Shown: positions 1 to 10,424 of the stretch, in pieces
Position numbering within the stretch: position 1 is the stretch's first letter
How the letters are laid out: every line of letters starts with the position of its first letter
DNA from: a virus
Lineage: Duplodnaviria > Heunggongvirae > Uroviricota > Caudoviricetes
Virus record (IMG/VR): IMGVR_UViG_3300028888_000044
Span: 1-64,000 of that record
Direction: 5' to 3' (one strand)
DNA: 64,000 nucleotides
The notes under the pieces: generated by a model
Told to the model about the DNA's origin: nothing
Seen by the model: the letters and a program-made list of their open reading frames with translations, nothing else
Database searches by the model: none
Position numbers and translations under genes: made by a program

Positions 1-2
1 TG

Positions 3-329
3 AATATCAGTGAAGGTTTTAGAAGAAGTGGTATTTGCTCAACTCTTGGTGATACTGTTGCTAATCTTCTATTGAATGGCTATAAGATAGGTGTTTCGTC
101 AAGAGCAGTAGGAAGCGTAGAACAGAAACTTGGCGTACTGATGGTTGGAGATGACCTAGAACTTATTTGTTGGGATGTGGTTAGCGACCCTAGTACAAAT
201 AATGCTTGGATAAGTATGAATGGTAAAGAAGAAATGCAAACTTGGATTGAAAATAAAGAAAATGTTGGAAATTCAAAAAATATTATTTCTGAAAAAATTA
301 CCAAAATAAAAAATATTTTAAATGGTTAG
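3..329 (+). CDS. Prohead protease, T4 gp21-like (C-terminal part, 5'-truncated by the window)
   Basis: Frame is open from base 3; GVSSRAVGS and WDVVSDPS match the gp21/U9 catalytic Ser and Asp motifs. Confidence 0.85.
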   Translation, partial: NISEGFRRSGICSTLGDTVANLLLNGYKIGVSSRAVGSVEQKLGVLMVGDDLELICWDVVSDPSTNNAWISMNGKEEMQTWIENKENVGNSKNIISEKITKIKNILNG

Positions 330-382
330 TTCGAAGATTATATCCCAAAATGATATTTATTAATATAAATATTATTTTTTGT

Positions 383-1336
383 ATGGGTAAAAAATTAACA
401 ACAGAAACGTTTAAAATACAATTAGAAAAAGAACATCCAAATCTAGAATTGTTATCTGAATATAATGGAAATAAAAATTATATAACTGTACGATGTAAAA
501 TACATAACTACGTTTTTAATACAAAACCAAATTGGCTTCATAAAGGGCAAGGATGCCAAAAATGTTATGATGAAAAAAGAGGTGAAACAACAAGGAAAAA
601 AATAGAAGATTTTATAAAAGAAGCGAATTTAATTCATAAAAATAAATATGATTATTCTAACGTTGTTTATAAAAACAATAAAGCCAAAATCTGTATAATT
701 TGCCCAATTCATGGTGAATTTTGGCAAACTCCAAATAAACATTTAAGTGGTCAAGGATGTCCAAAATGTTCTGGTAAAAATAAAACAACAGAAGAAATTA
801 TTGATATTTTCAACAAAATTCACAAAAATTATTATAACTATAATAAAGTTGAATATAAAAATAATAAAGCTAAAATATGCATAATTTGTCCTATTCATGG
901 TGAATTTTGGCAAACACCAGAAAAACATATTCAAGGAGAGGGTTGTCCATTATGTAAATCTAGTAAATTAGAAATGACTGTTAGAAATTTTTTATTAGAT
1001 AATAATATTGATTTCATAAGGCAAGCCAAATTTAATTGGCTAGGCAAACAATCATTAGATTTTTATTTGCCAATATATAATATTGCAATCGAATGCCAAG
1101 GAGAACAACATTTTAAAGAATTTAGTGGGAAATTTAAACTTAAAAATACATTAGATAAAAGAATACAATTAGATATAACAAAAAATGATTTATGTAACAA
1201 AAATGGGATAAAAATATTTTATTTCTTTAATAGAAAATGGGAACATAAATCTTTAGATAAAATTTTCAATAACATATATAATTCCAATGTGATATTTGAA
1301 AATGAAATTAATAAATTAAAAGATATTTTAAGTTAA
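383..1336 (+). CDS. Putative homing endonuclease: Zn-ribbon repeats plus PD-(D/E)xK/Vsr-like (DUF559-type) nuclease
   Basis: Repeated CPIHGEFWQTPxxH..GxGCPxC; C-terminal LDFYLP..IAIECQGEQH..DITKNDLC; ATG at 383 follows a TATTTAT motif. Confidence 0.8.
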   Translation: MGKKLTTETFKIQLEKEHPNLELLSEYNGNKNYITVRCKIHNYVFNTKPNWLHKGQGCQKCYDEKRGETTRKKIEDFIKEANLIHKNKYDYSNVVYKNNKAKICIICPIHGEFWQTPNKHLSGQGCPKCSGKNKTTEEIIDIFNKIHKNYYNYNKVEYKNNKAKICIICPIHGEFWQTPEKHIQGEGCPLCKSSKLEMTVRNFLLDNNIDFIRQAKFNWLGKQSLDFYLPIYNIAIECQGEQHFKEFSGKFKLKNTLDKRIQLDITKNDLCNKNGIKIFYFFNRKWEHKSLDKIFNNIYNSNVIFENEINKLKDILS

Positions 1337-1341
1337 TAGTT

Positions 1342-1533
1342 ATGGCCGATAAGGATGATATTATAAAAATTCACAAAAAGATAAAATTCCAAACAATTTG
1401 TCCAATTTGTGACACAGAAATACATTTTTCAATGTGGAACATTATATTTGGTTTTAGCCCAGCAGAATCATTAATGTGTCCATATTGTACAAGCAAATTT
1501 GAACTTACTGACGAAAATATGCAACACATATAA
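1342..1533 (+). CDS. Small zinc-finger protein
   Basis: CPIC...CPYC pairs in 63 aa, followed by a terminator. Confidence 0.6.
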   Translation: MADKDDIIKIHKKIKFQTICPICDTEIHFSMWNIIFGFSPAESLMCPYCTSKFELTDENMQHI

Positions 1534-1563
1534 ACATTTTCATACGGAAGAATATGAGATTAT

Positions 1564-1602
1564 AAAAAAAACACAATCATATTAATGATTGTGTTTTTTT
1601 TT
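1564..1602. terminator. Bidirectional intrinsic terminator
   Basis: A-tract, cacaatcat/atgattgtg stem and T-tract between convergent genes. Confidence 0.75.
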
Positions 1603-1640
1603 GCTGTTGCCGTTATTATAAATAACTTATTATCAGACAA

Positions 1641-2129
1641 TTAGTACGCGAGTATAGCGTAGTCAAATCTCAAGGTAATCTGAATTTCTGCCAAATCATC
1701 TGATGAATAATCAAGTGTTTGGAAGTTTGCCTTTGTACACATAGTGTTCTTCAGAATCCACTTGGATACAACAACACCAGTTGGGTCAAGCATTTCAAGC
1801 TCAACATCACGCTTATAGCCAGCAGCATAACCTTGACGTCCTGTAACTGATTCAGAATGAAGTCTCACCCATTCCATTACAGCTTGCGATGCCGAAGGTC
1901 CGATAGGGTCTCTCAAAGTTACATCCATAGTATCCCAAGTATAACGGCCAACAACCCAAGTAGAAGTGTTCAAGAAAGGAATTTCTGTATCCTTCTGACT
2001 AATCTGTGGACGAGCTGCTGATTTGCACCACCACTCTTGTATACCTAAATCTGCTGGAAATCTCAAGAGCCATCTATTTTTTCTTAGAGGCTCATAATTC
2101 AACGGCATTTTTAAAAGTAAATCCGACAT
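1641..2129 (-). CDS. Tail tube protein, T4 gp19-like
   Basis: EPLRKNRW..GRYTWDTMDVTLRD..EWV..YKRDV..LDPTG.VVSKW.L..LDYSSD..ITLRFDYA pattern, 162 aa. Confidence 0.85.
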   Translation of the reverse strand: MSDLLLKMPLNYEPLRKNRWLLRFPADLGIQEWWCKSAARPQISQKDTEIPFLNTSTWVVGRYTWDTMDVTLRDPIGPSASQAVMEWVRLHSESVTGRQGYAAGYKRDVELEMLDPTGVVVSKWILKNTMCTKANFQTLDYSSDDLAEIQITLRFDYAILAY

Positions 2130-2230
2130 AATTAATTAATTATTTAATAATATATTATTTTATATATAAATATAGTAAATATATTTTTTTAAAAAAAACA
2201 TTAAAAAAAAAATTAATTTTTTTGATAATG

Positions 2231-3103
2231 AGATATAATTTGATACTATTCGTGTGATTTAATTACTTACTGATACCAATTTTCTTTTTCATCAAGATAT
2301 TTATATAAAAATAAAATAATGAAGATAGTCTGAGTAAATCAGATTTACTCAGACTTTTTTTTTGTAAAAAAATCTATAAATATGTTATATCTAAAATTAT
2401 TTCAAACTGAAGCAGAAAGACAAGCGTGTAAAGAGACACAAGAATATGTTTGTTATACAGTAGAAAGTGATAAGGTAAATATTATGAATATTCCTTTTTT
2501 CTGTAAATTATATCAACAAGATGGTAGTGTAGTTGAAATTGAAAGAAGTGGTGAATTGACACAATCAATGATAAGTCGATATAAGTCAACAACAGTTAGT
2601 GCTGAAATTGGTGAATTATGCACAAGTATTGGTAGTTATGCTTTCTCTAATTGTGATAGTTTAACAAGTGTAACAATAGGAAATAATGTTACAAGTATTG
2701 GTCAATTTGCTTTCTACAATTGTACTTCATTAACAAGTATAACCATACCTAATAGTGTTACAAGTATTGACCTGAATGCTTTCTACAATTGTACTTCATT
2801 AACAAGTATAACCATAGGAAAAAGTGTTACATCTATTATGAATACTGCTTTTAATGGTTGTACCTCATTATCAAGCATAACCTCATTAGCAACTACGGCC
2901 CCATCAATAGGTAATACTACATTCCAAAATGTAAAAACCAATGGCACATTATATGTACCAATCGGTAGTAGTGGTTATGATGGATGGATGAGAACTAGCA
3001 ACTTTTATTTAGGAAAATATGGTTGGACAAAAGTAGAACAATAATCATAAACACAATAAAAGCCAAATACAAGCAATAAAACACTTGTATTTGGCTTTAT
3101 TTT
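2231..3103 (+). repeat. LRR cassette copy A, with non-coding flanks shared with 45801-46600
   Basis: Upstream agtctgagtaaatc-a-gatttactcagact palindrome plus T-tract plus ctataaatATG, and downstream cataaacacaataaaagccaaatacaagca hairpin, are nearly identical in both copies. Confidence 0.9.
2382..3044 (+). CDS. BspA-type (LRR_5) leucine-rich repeat protein, 4 repeats
   Basis: TSIGxxAFxxCxSLTSITIxxSV 23-aa repeats; C-cap TLYVP.GS.GY..W. Confidence 0.9.
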   Translation: MLYLKLFQTEAERQACKETQEYVCYTVESDKVNIMNIPFFCKLYQQDGSVVEIERSGELTQSMISRYKSTTVSAEIGELCTSIGSYAFSNCDSLTSVTIGNNVTSIGQFAFYNCTSLTSITIPNSVTSIDLNAFYNCTSLTSITIGKSVTSIMNTAFNGCTSLSSITSLATTAPSIGNTTFQNVKTNGTLYVPIGSSGYDGWMRTSNFYLGKYGWTKVEQ

Positions 3104-3131
3104 TATAATTATTCAAAATTTCTATTCAATG

Positions 3132-3728
3132 TCAACAAGTATATAGTTCCTTTTTTTTATTTCTCATTTCCTTAATAGGGAGCATCAAATCTTCATATCC
3201 ATAAATTTTAGAACCAATATATTCCTTGCAATATGACTTTCTCATCAGTCGATTGTTATATTTTCCCAATTCGAATTGTGTGGATGATTTTGTCCTTTTC
3301 TTTCCATCAAACTGTGTTGGCCTCCAATTTTTGTCTTTACTTAATGCTTCGCCCATTTTTTCGTGAGCTGTCTTTATATATAGTTTATAATCGTGATTTT
3401 CATCTGACAGAGCTTTTACAATACCTCCACAAAAATTACAAATTCTCCTTGATAGCCCCAAACCTTGATAATCTGGTAGTATTACTATTCTACTGATGCT
3501 CATTCCATAAGGTATACCAGTTCTTGGTGTATTTATTAATCCAACAAAAGCTATAGGCACATCATTCCATTCAAATATAAAGCATTTACACGATGGATTG
3601 AGCTTTTCTGTTAAATAATGATGCCTATAGAATCCAAGTGTATACCAAGCACTTGGCTCAACTCTTCTCACAGTTAGATTTATTTTTGGCTTTTCTCCTT
3701 TCTCCTTATATATTAATCGGTTTTGCAT
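3132..3728 (-). CDS. GNAT-family acetyltransferase, Mom-like
   Basis: AW...F.RHHYL and ISRIVILPDYQGLGLS (acetyl-CoA binding motif A). Confidence 0.75.
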   Translation of the reverse strand: MQNRLIYKEKGEKPKINLTVRRVEPSAWYTLGFYRHHYLTEKLNPSCKCFIFEWNDVPIAFVGLINTPRTGIPYGMSISRIVILPDYQGLGLSRRICNFCGGIVKALSDENHDYKLYIKTAHEKMGEALSKDKNWRPTQFDGKKRTKSSTQFELGKYNNRLMRKSYCKEYIGSKIYGYEDLMLPIKEMRNKKKELYTC

Positions 3729-4410
3729 CACTTAAAATCTCTTTTTCATCTAATTTATTGTATTCCTCATATGGTTGAGGACCAGCATATATAAAATGTT
3801 CTATTTCACATTCATTGTTTTTCTGTTTGTTAAGATTAAACACCCAATCTGGTTGTAACCATTCTATTATATCAAAATGGCAAGATGCTAGAATAATATG
3901 CAGATTATGTTTTCTAATATATCTTTGCAGTGCAAAAGACATTGATTTAGCGACATCTCTGTTAACTACGCTTGTAAATTCGTCAATGAATATGGTATCC
4001 CCATCCTTTGCTGTTCCAATTTTCCAAGCTAGTTCAAAACGTGCAAATTCACCATTACTTAATTGGCCGACTCTTCGCAACAATGTAGGAATACTTGATA
4101 AACCGATACCGAAATATAGTTCACATACTTCTTCTGGTGATTTATTTGGAAATTGTGCAATGATTGGTTTTTCATAGTTATAGGCTAGTTCTGTAGTCCC
4201 TACCCTCAATTTATTAAGGACGGTGGATTTGCCGCTACCGCTATTACCTAGTATTATTCCTATATTCCATTCAAATGACGAAAGTTCCTCTTCGTTAATC
4301 ATTGGAACTATTGTTGTCGTTTGTTCTCTGTTTTGAATATCAAATTTCTCATATAGATATTCTGTGTATTCACTATTAATAATGTTTGATGTTAAAATTA
4401 TATTAGACAT
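3706..4410 (-). CDS. ABC-type ATPase partnered with the GNAT
   Basis: Walker A GNSGSGKS, signature LSNGE, Walker B IFIDEF, H-loop ASCH; no membrane partner; overlaps the GNAT gene. Confidence 0.85.
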   Translation of the reverse strand: MSNIILTSNIINSEYTEYLYEKFDIQNREQTTTIVPMINEEELSSFEWNIGIILGNSGSGKSTVLNKLRVGTTELAYNYEKPIIAQFPNKSPEEVCELYFGIGLSSIPTLLRRVGQLSNGEFARFELAWKIGTAKDGDTIFIDEFTSVVNRDVAKSMSFALQRYIRKHNLHIILASCHFDIIEWLQPDWVFNLNKQKNNECEIEHFIYAGPQPYEEYNKLDEKEILSDAKPINI

Positions 4411-4510
4411 ATAAAGTTAATTTATGTTAATTATATAAATATTTTTTAATTTACAAAAGAGTATTTAATGAAAAATATACTATTTATGTTTAAGAAAAGA
4501 GTTTCATATC

Positions 4511-4909
4511 ATGGCTATTGCAAAAAAGAAAAAAAAGAATAGAGTAAAGGGTAGAAAATATGTGAGTTTTGGTGGATGGAATGATTTTGTCCACAGTGAG
4601 CAACAAAATTTTAACAAAATACCCACTAAATTAATATATATTGACAAGCTAAAAGAACTTGAAGATTCAATAGAAGAAGGACAAGGGCAAGCTGTTAATA
4701 TAAAAGGTGGTGACAATATCACTATAAAAAAAGGAGATAATAATAGTGTTACGATAGGGGTTAAATTGGAAAAAAATCACGAAGAACATTACAGCAGTGG
4801 TTCTTATGTAATTAAGTCTGGTTCAAATCTTGATGAAATAGTTGAAATTTTAATTAAGTCTGTTAATGAAAATGCAGATGCTATAGATGGTGAAAAAATT
4901 AACATTTAA
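4511..4909 (+). CDS. Hypothetical late protein
   Basis: 132-aa ORF downstream of a TATTTAT motif, first gene of a + strand operon. Confidence 0.6.
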   Translation: MAIAKKKKKNRVKGRKYVSFGGWNDFVHSEQQNFNKIPTKLIYIDKLKELEDSIEEGQGQAVNIKGGDNITIKKGDNNSVTIGVKLEKNHEEHYSSGSYVIKSGSNLDEIVEILIKSVNENADAIDGEKINI

Positions 4910-4929
4910 AAAAAAACAATAACTAAATT

Positions 4930-6711
4930 ATGTCAAATTCTATTGTACAACAAAAACTTTTGCAATTCTTAAGAACTAAAAACATTTATGCTAATAGAAT
5001 TGCAGCAACACAAGCCTTAATGTCTTTAACGCCAGCAGTATTTGGGGACAAAGATTGTGATGGTGCACCTATTCTTGCACGATATAAAGATGATGAAGGT
5101 CAAATTAAGACTGTTATTGGTGTATGCTACTATGAAAATGGTAAGTTCTCAGTAACTGTATATGACGATGGTTCAGATTATTATGAGGAACTTGCAGAAA
5201 TGCTCAACCAAGTCATTGATAGTGTTGGACTTGAAGTTGTTGACGATGTAATCACCTATGTCGCTGACCCAAACTGTGAATTGATTGCTAATGCAAATAC
5301 TGTAAAGGAAGCAATTGATATACTAGGCAACACGCTCGAAGATTTGGAATACAAGATTGAAGAAATTGAACCCGAATCTGGTGAAACAGAAGTATATAAG
5401 AAGTATCAATTAATTGATAACGAAGGATTTGGACACGGCACAATTTCAATTCCTAAGGATAAGTTCCTTGAAAAAGCTGAATTGGTTCAAAGATACCAAA
5501 AGGATGGGGAATGGATTGAGGAACCAGCTTTGGAATTAACATTTGTACTTGCTGATGGTTCGACCGAAATTGTTGACATCCCTATCAAGGACTTGATTGA
5601 TACTACAGATATTGCTTCAGATAAAGAGTTGAAGGCTGTTGAAGATGCTATTGGCGGTGAGTATGATGCTGAAAATAATGTGTTCAATCTTGATATGGAT
5701 GGTCAAGTTATTGGCGATGCAACAACTGTTGTTGAAGCACTTGAAGCACTTGACTTGAAGATGAGTGAGCAAAGTGGTATTACACCTATTTCGGTTGATA
5801 CAAGTGGTGGAACAATATCGCTTAACTATAATGATTGTGAATTAGCTGGTCTCCAAGTGAACGAAGAAAAGCTTGATGTATCATTTGATTTCGGAACATT
5901 CGAATATGACATAGTTGTCGCAGAATCTGCTGATGATATTGATGCTATTGACAATCCTAATGAAACTATTCTTATTTTGAACAGTCAAGATGGCGTTTCA
6001 GCATTGGCAAACAAGACTTTCAAGTCAATCACATATAAGGATGATGCAATTGAAGCTGATTCAAGGATGAATGTTTCTGATAGCTTGACTTTGGATAATG
6101 TTACTGTGGAAGGACCAAAGGGTACTTCAAACGGTGCTTTGTTGTATACAGCTCCAGTAGTAAACGTCAACAATTCTTCTGTTAAAAGCGGTTCTACGGT
6201 ATACAATGTATTCGAACAATTGTCAAGTGGTCCAGAACTTACTGAATTCAATGCAAACCACGTTATCGTTGATAATACAGATTTGAAGCATAACGTATTC
6301 AATATTTATAAGGTAGCTAACGATGCAGTAATTACTATTAAGAATAGCTACTTCAATATGGATATGAACAATTCAAATGCTTTGAGACTTGCTAACTATA
6401 CAAACTCAACTGGTGTAACAGTTGTATTTGAAAATGTAGGTTGGACATATGAAAATGCTTCTTATACCGCAAGTAGCCTTGATTGGGCTGGACTTGTAAT
6501 ATATCAACCAGCATCTACTGACGAAGCTTTGGATGGAAACCTTGAAAAGATTAAGACTTGGAATTTCGTATTCAAGAACTGTACTTATAATGGAGTAAAG
6601 GTTGATTCAAATAACTTCGGTAGCAACAACCAAGTAATATATCTTTACAATATAGGTAGAACTGGTCAAATTACAGATGCAGCAGCAGAACTTAATGTTA
6701 CATTTGAATAA
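4930..6711 (+). CDS. Putative virion structural or fibre-associated protein (acidic N-half, beta-helix-like C-half)
   Basis: 593-aa ORF; Asn/Val/Thr-rich beta-repeat-like C-terminus; function inferred only. Confidence 0.5.
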   Translation: MSNSIVQQKLLQFLRTKNIYANRIAATQALMSLTPAVFGDKDCDGAPILARYKDDEGQIKTVIGVCYYENGKFSVTVYDDGSDYYEELAEMLNQVIDSVGLEVVDDVITYVADPNCELIANANTVKEAIDILGNTLEDLEYKIEEIEPESGETEVYKKYQLIDNEGFGHGTISIPKDKFLEKAELVQRYQKDGEWIEEPALELTFVLADGSTEIVDIPIKDLIDTTDIASDKELKAVEDAIGGEYDAENNVFNLDMDGQVIGDATTVVEALEALDLKMSEQSGITPISVDTSGGTISLNYNDCELAGLQVNEEKLDVSFDFGTFEYDIVVAESADDIDAIDNPNETILILNSQDGVSALANKTFKSITYKDDAIEADSRMNVSDSLTLDNVTVEGPKGTSNGALLYTAPVVNVNNSSVKSGSTVYNVFEQLSSGPELTEFNANHVIVDNTDLKHNVFNIYKVANDAVITIKNSYFNMDMNNSNALRLANYTNSTGVTVVFENVGWTYENASYTASSLDWAGLVIYQPASTDEALDGNLEKIKTWNFVFKNCTYNGVKVDSNNFGSNNQVIYLYNIGRTGQITDAAAELNVTFE

Positions 6712-6792
6712 TTTGTAAGATTGTTATTTTATGGTGCGCGATAATTGAATTATCGCGCATTTTTTTATATTTATAGTAAAAGTACAACAACA

Positions 6793-8784
6793 ATGAGAAG
6801 AGGTATATACATCGATAATTCATATCACTACGTAGAAGAAACTGGATATGAACCAAAGCAATGCTGCAAAAACATGGATGGTGTTATTCAATCACTTACT
6901 GAAGCTACAGAAAAAAACGCAAAGGATATAACAAATAACACAGCATTGGATAATGCTCAACAAGGGCAAATAAATAGCAACACTGAAGTAAATAATGAAC
7001 AAGTTGCTCAAATCAGAGCATTGTCTTCACAAACACGCTCAAATACAAATGCCATTGGGGATTTAGAGGACGATGTTGAATATATTTTAAATTCATTGAA
7101 TGATATTTCAGAATCAATCAGTGCTATAACTGGAGAGGGAATCCAACACATCAATGAAAGGTTGGATACTGTTGATGATGAAATAGCTGATATTGTGTCT
7201 GGTCTTCAAGAAACAAACGATGCAGTTGATGCAATTGTTGAATCTTTAGATTCAATACATATAGAAGGTGATGAAAGCGGTGATACGACAGTTTACAACT
7301 TATTGGTTGATGGTGAAAACAGAGGTACTATAGTTATTGATAATATTGCCCCTTTATACAATCTTATTGAAAATGAAAAAGAAGAAAGAAAACAAGAAGA
7401 TGAAAGATTAGAAGACCTTATTAATCAAGAAGTTACAGATAGAGAAGAAGCAATAGAAGAGGTTAATGATTTAATCAATGCTGAAATAGGCCGTGCAACA
7501 CAAGAGGAAGAGGCTATACGAAATGAAATGGCTTTAATCACTGAATCCATAAGTGGAATGCAAGACAATATTGATGTAATTGTAGATACTATAAGCGGTG
7601 TTACTGAAAATCTTCAAGGTGAAATTGATGAGTTGGCAGAAAATACTGAAAATGAAATAGAATCTGCAAAAACTAGAATAGATTCTATAGAAGACAAAAT
7701 AGACGATTGTGATGATAAGATTGCTGAATTGGATGAGAAAATAGAAGAAGAAATTGCCAATAGGCAAGAAAGTGACACCAATATTTATAATACAATTGAA
7801 AACACTAAGAATGAAATTTATTCAGCAATATCAGAATTTGAAACTGAAATAAGCAACTTGTCAGATGATGTTTCAGACCTTTCTGATAAATTAGATGCAG
7901 CTATTTCAGCGCATTCTACTGACATTCAAGAATTGAGAAATGAAATTTCTGAAACAAAAGATTCTATTAATGAGGAAAAGAATAGGGCATTAAGTGCTGA
8001 AACAGCTTTGGATGATGCGTTAAATACTTTAGAACAAGACGTACAAAATGATTTTGATGAAGTTGATTCCAAGATTGTAAACCTTGACGATAGATTGGAT
8101 GAAATAGATGAAACAACAAGCACTTTATCAGATTCAGTATCACAACTACAAGCAGATTTGGCAACAGAAAAGACTGATAGGAAAAATGGAGATGCAGAAT
8201 TAAAGGAATATGCCGATTCAATTTCAAGTGTAACTGAAAATCTTTCTGGCATTACAGACTCTTTGTCGCAACGTATTACAGAAAACACCAATTCAATAAA
8301 CGGCTTATCAAGCGATTTATCTGATTTGGAAAATGATGTTGCAGTTAATTCCGAAGCAATATCGGCTGTTAGCGGTGCTGTAGCTACAATCAATTCAACG
8401 CTTCCTACAAAGGTTGACAAGAGCGAATATGAATCCTTCAAGGCAGAAATATCAAGCCGAGTTCTTGAAATTGAAACAGATTACTTGACTTCTGATGATA
8501 TACAAGACTTAGCAACAAAGGAATCTGTAAACGAAGTCGCTTCAAACGTTGCCGAAGTAGGACAAAAGGTTGGTCAAGTTTCTGCAACAACCCAAGATAT
8601 GCAGCAACAAATGTCTGAATATGCTGATGCCTTAAGTGAGCTTAATCATAATTTTGAAACCATTATGAGTACATTCAACGAAATTAGAGTACAACACGAA
8701 AAACTTGAATTTGATGTAACAGACCTTAAAGCAAGTGTTAGTACAATCAAAGAATTACTTGGATTGAATACTCAAGAACCATAA
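6793..8784 (+). CDS. Long acidic coiled-coil protein (fibre- or whisker-like)
   Basis: Heptad-rich sequence with ExxxR..AE/D repeats; ATG 6793 follows TATTTATA, and the longer ORF start lies inside a terminator hairpin. Confidence 0.6.
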   Translation: MRRGIYIDNSYHYVEETGYEPKQCCKNMDGVIQSLTEATEKNAKDITNNTALDNAQQGQINSNTEVNNEQVAQIRALSSQTRSNTNAIGDLEDDVEYILNSLNDISESISAITGEGIQHINERLDTVDDEIADIVSGLQETNDAVDAIVESLDSIHIEGDESGDTTVYNLLVDGENRGTIVIDNIAPLYNLIENEKEERKQEDERLEDLINQEVTDREEAIEEVNDLINAEIGRATQEEEAIRNEMALITESISGMQDNIDVIVDTISGVTENLQGEIDELAENTENEIESAKTRIDSIEDKIDDCDDKIAELDEKIEEEIANRQESDTNIYNTIENTKNEIYSAISEFETEISNLSDDVSDLSDKLDAAISAHSTDIQELRNEISETKDSINEEKNRALSAETALDDALNTLEQDVQNDFDEVDSKIVNLDDRLDEIDETTSTLSDSVSQLQADLATEKTDRKNGDAELKEYADSISSVTENLSGITDSLSQRITENTNSINGLSSDLSDLENDVAVNSEAISAVSGAVATINSTLPTKVDKSEYESFKAEISSRVLEIETDYLTSDDIQDLATKESVNEVASNVAEVGQKVGQVSATTQDMQQQMSEYADALSELNHNFETIMSTFNEIRVQHEKLEFDVTDLKASVSTIKELLGLNTQEP

Positions 8785-8792
8785 TAATAATA

Positions 8793-8825
8793 AAAAGTTT
8801 CGAAGATATTCTTCGAAACTTTTTA
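8793..8825. terminator. Bidirectional intrinsic terminator
   Basis: aaaaagtttcgaaga-tat-tcttcgaaacttttt between convergent genes. Confidence 0.8.
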
Positions 8826-10424
8826 TTATACTTGTTCAACTGAAGACAAAGCCTTTTCGTATTCCTCTTCAGAATCATCCCTATAGCTTAAGTCATCAAT
8901 TACAGAACCACCAGTACTTGGGCGCATTGTATTGAGCCTTCTGAAATAGAAATGCAAGTCGTTATGCATTTCGACAATATCATCAATTGATTTTGGAATT
9001 TTCTCGTCTTCTTCAAAAGCCATATAATCTTCTTTTGTCAGATTTGCCAAAGCTGCAAGATACTTGGTGTTTTCCTCTTGGAATATAATATCAGTCTCAC
9101 GTTCCTTGAGTTCCTTGTAATCTCTTACCAATTTGTCCCAATCAATTGAACATTCCTTTGCAAAAGGAGGTACTTTGTCAACTGACAGCCAAAATTCTAT
9201 TTCTTTCCTTTCTGGTGTCATCAGTGCCTCATAAGTGTCTTGGTCTGTTTCCTTGTTAGGATAACCACAGCTCAATTCACATTCCTTTTCAGTGAATGTA
9301 GGTCTATCTGAAGGTTTTGTAATCAATATTCTGTTTCTAATTTCTGGGCTAAAGCAAACAAGCAATACAGAAATTCGCTTATTGAACATTGTTATATATT
9401 TGTCAACATTATATTCAAAATCGTCAGATATATCGCAGCATAATAAATCCTCTTCTGCTTCAGCAATTTCTGTTGGAATCATTTTGCAGTTAAGTATGAT
9501 TTCTTCATATTCTCTTTTAATATGTGGCTTTAATATTTCCTTTACATCCTTGGTTTTCAAAGATTTATAATCAACATTATTTTTTTCTGCCCATTCTTTG
9601 AGAATATTTGTTTTAACTTTACCTTTGAGTTCAACTTCTTCTCCATCGACAATTGTATATTGATGTAATACTTTTTTAACATCAGATGACTGACTGTTGT
9701 TAGAAGCGGTATTGACATAATATATTGTGTCATTCAAATCAACCTTAAGATTATTTTCCAATGCCAATTCATACCAAGCTTGTCTTGCCTTTTTAGAACC
9801 AGCTTTTGTTAATGTATTACAATCAGTAACATATTCCTTCAAAGTCTTCTTAATCTTACCCTTACTTGCAATGTCCTTAACTGGTATTTGGAAGTTATAT
9901 ATCTTATCTATGTAATCATAGTACATATTTAGGAATTCAAGACCTTTACCGTTGAGAAGCAAGTCAATGGCTGGACTTAAAAAGTTATCAATATAACCAG
10001 CCATTCGTCTTGATTTGATTGTATTACCCACTTTCTTTGTCTTTCCGCTGGCAAGTTTATCAGCATAATTCTTTCTTGAGAAGTTGATAGTACTATCACA
10101 GAATTCGTCTATTCCTAATCCCATTTTATTAATCCCGTTATTCCATGCGTGACTAAAAAACAAGTCTTCGAATTCACAAACATCGGCATCTACACCGACA
10201 TATTCTTTACCTTTTACACTATTTCTACCTCCACCATTACTTATGTAAGGCTTTTCTTTGGTATATCTAAAAGAGCCTTCTTTTGGCATTTGGAAATTAA
10301 AACCGTCAGTATTAGACATTACATTTAAACCTAATGCATTAACAACAGTTCCATCCAATGAAATGTCATACACTAAAATTGGTTTGTTTTCATTATCTTT
10401 TTTGATTACATTAATTTGACTCAT
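8826..10424 (-). CDS. polB: Family B DNA polymerase C-terminal part, preceded by a split intein C-fragment
   Basis: After 38 aa ending VMSN comes TDGFNF (second half of motif C), then RKNYA and KKVG PolB motifs; alternative ATG at 10436. Confidence 0.85.
   Translation of the reverse strand: MSQINVIKKDNENKPILVYDISLDGTVVNALGLNVMSNTDGFNFQMPKEGSFRYTKEKPYISNGGGRNSVKGKEYVGVDADVCEFEDLFFSHAWNNGINKMGLGIDEFCDSTINFSRKNYADKLASGKTKKVGNTIKSRRMAGYIDNFLSPAIDLLLNGKGLEFLNMYYDYIDKIYNFQIPVKDIASKGKIKKTLKEYVTDCNTLTKAGSKKARQAWYELALENNLKVDLNDTIYYVNTASNNSQSSDVKKVLHQYTIVDGEEVELKGKVKTNILKEWAEKNNVDYKSLKTKDVKEILKPHIKREYEEIILNCKMIPTEIAEAEEDLLCCDISDDFEYNVDKYITMFNKRISVLLVCFSPEIRNRILITKPSDRPTFTEKECELSCGYPNKETDQDTYEALMTPERKEIEFWLSVDKVPPFAKECSIDWDKLVRDYKELKERETDIIFQEENTKYLAALANLTKEDYMAFEEDEKIPKSIDDIVEMHNDLHFYFRRLNTMRPSTGGSVIDDLSYRDDSEEEYEKALSSVEQV
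10311..10424 (-). mobile_element. Split intein C-fragment (IntC, 38 aa, ends Ser-Asn, Thr+1)
   Basis: Block F VYDISLDGT and block G VMSN|T. Confidence 0.85.

Noticed and set aside
6793-8784. Tape measure protein or SMC/Rad50 ATPase
   Set aside because: No Walker motifs and no tape-measure context; only a generic acidic coiled coil can be supported.
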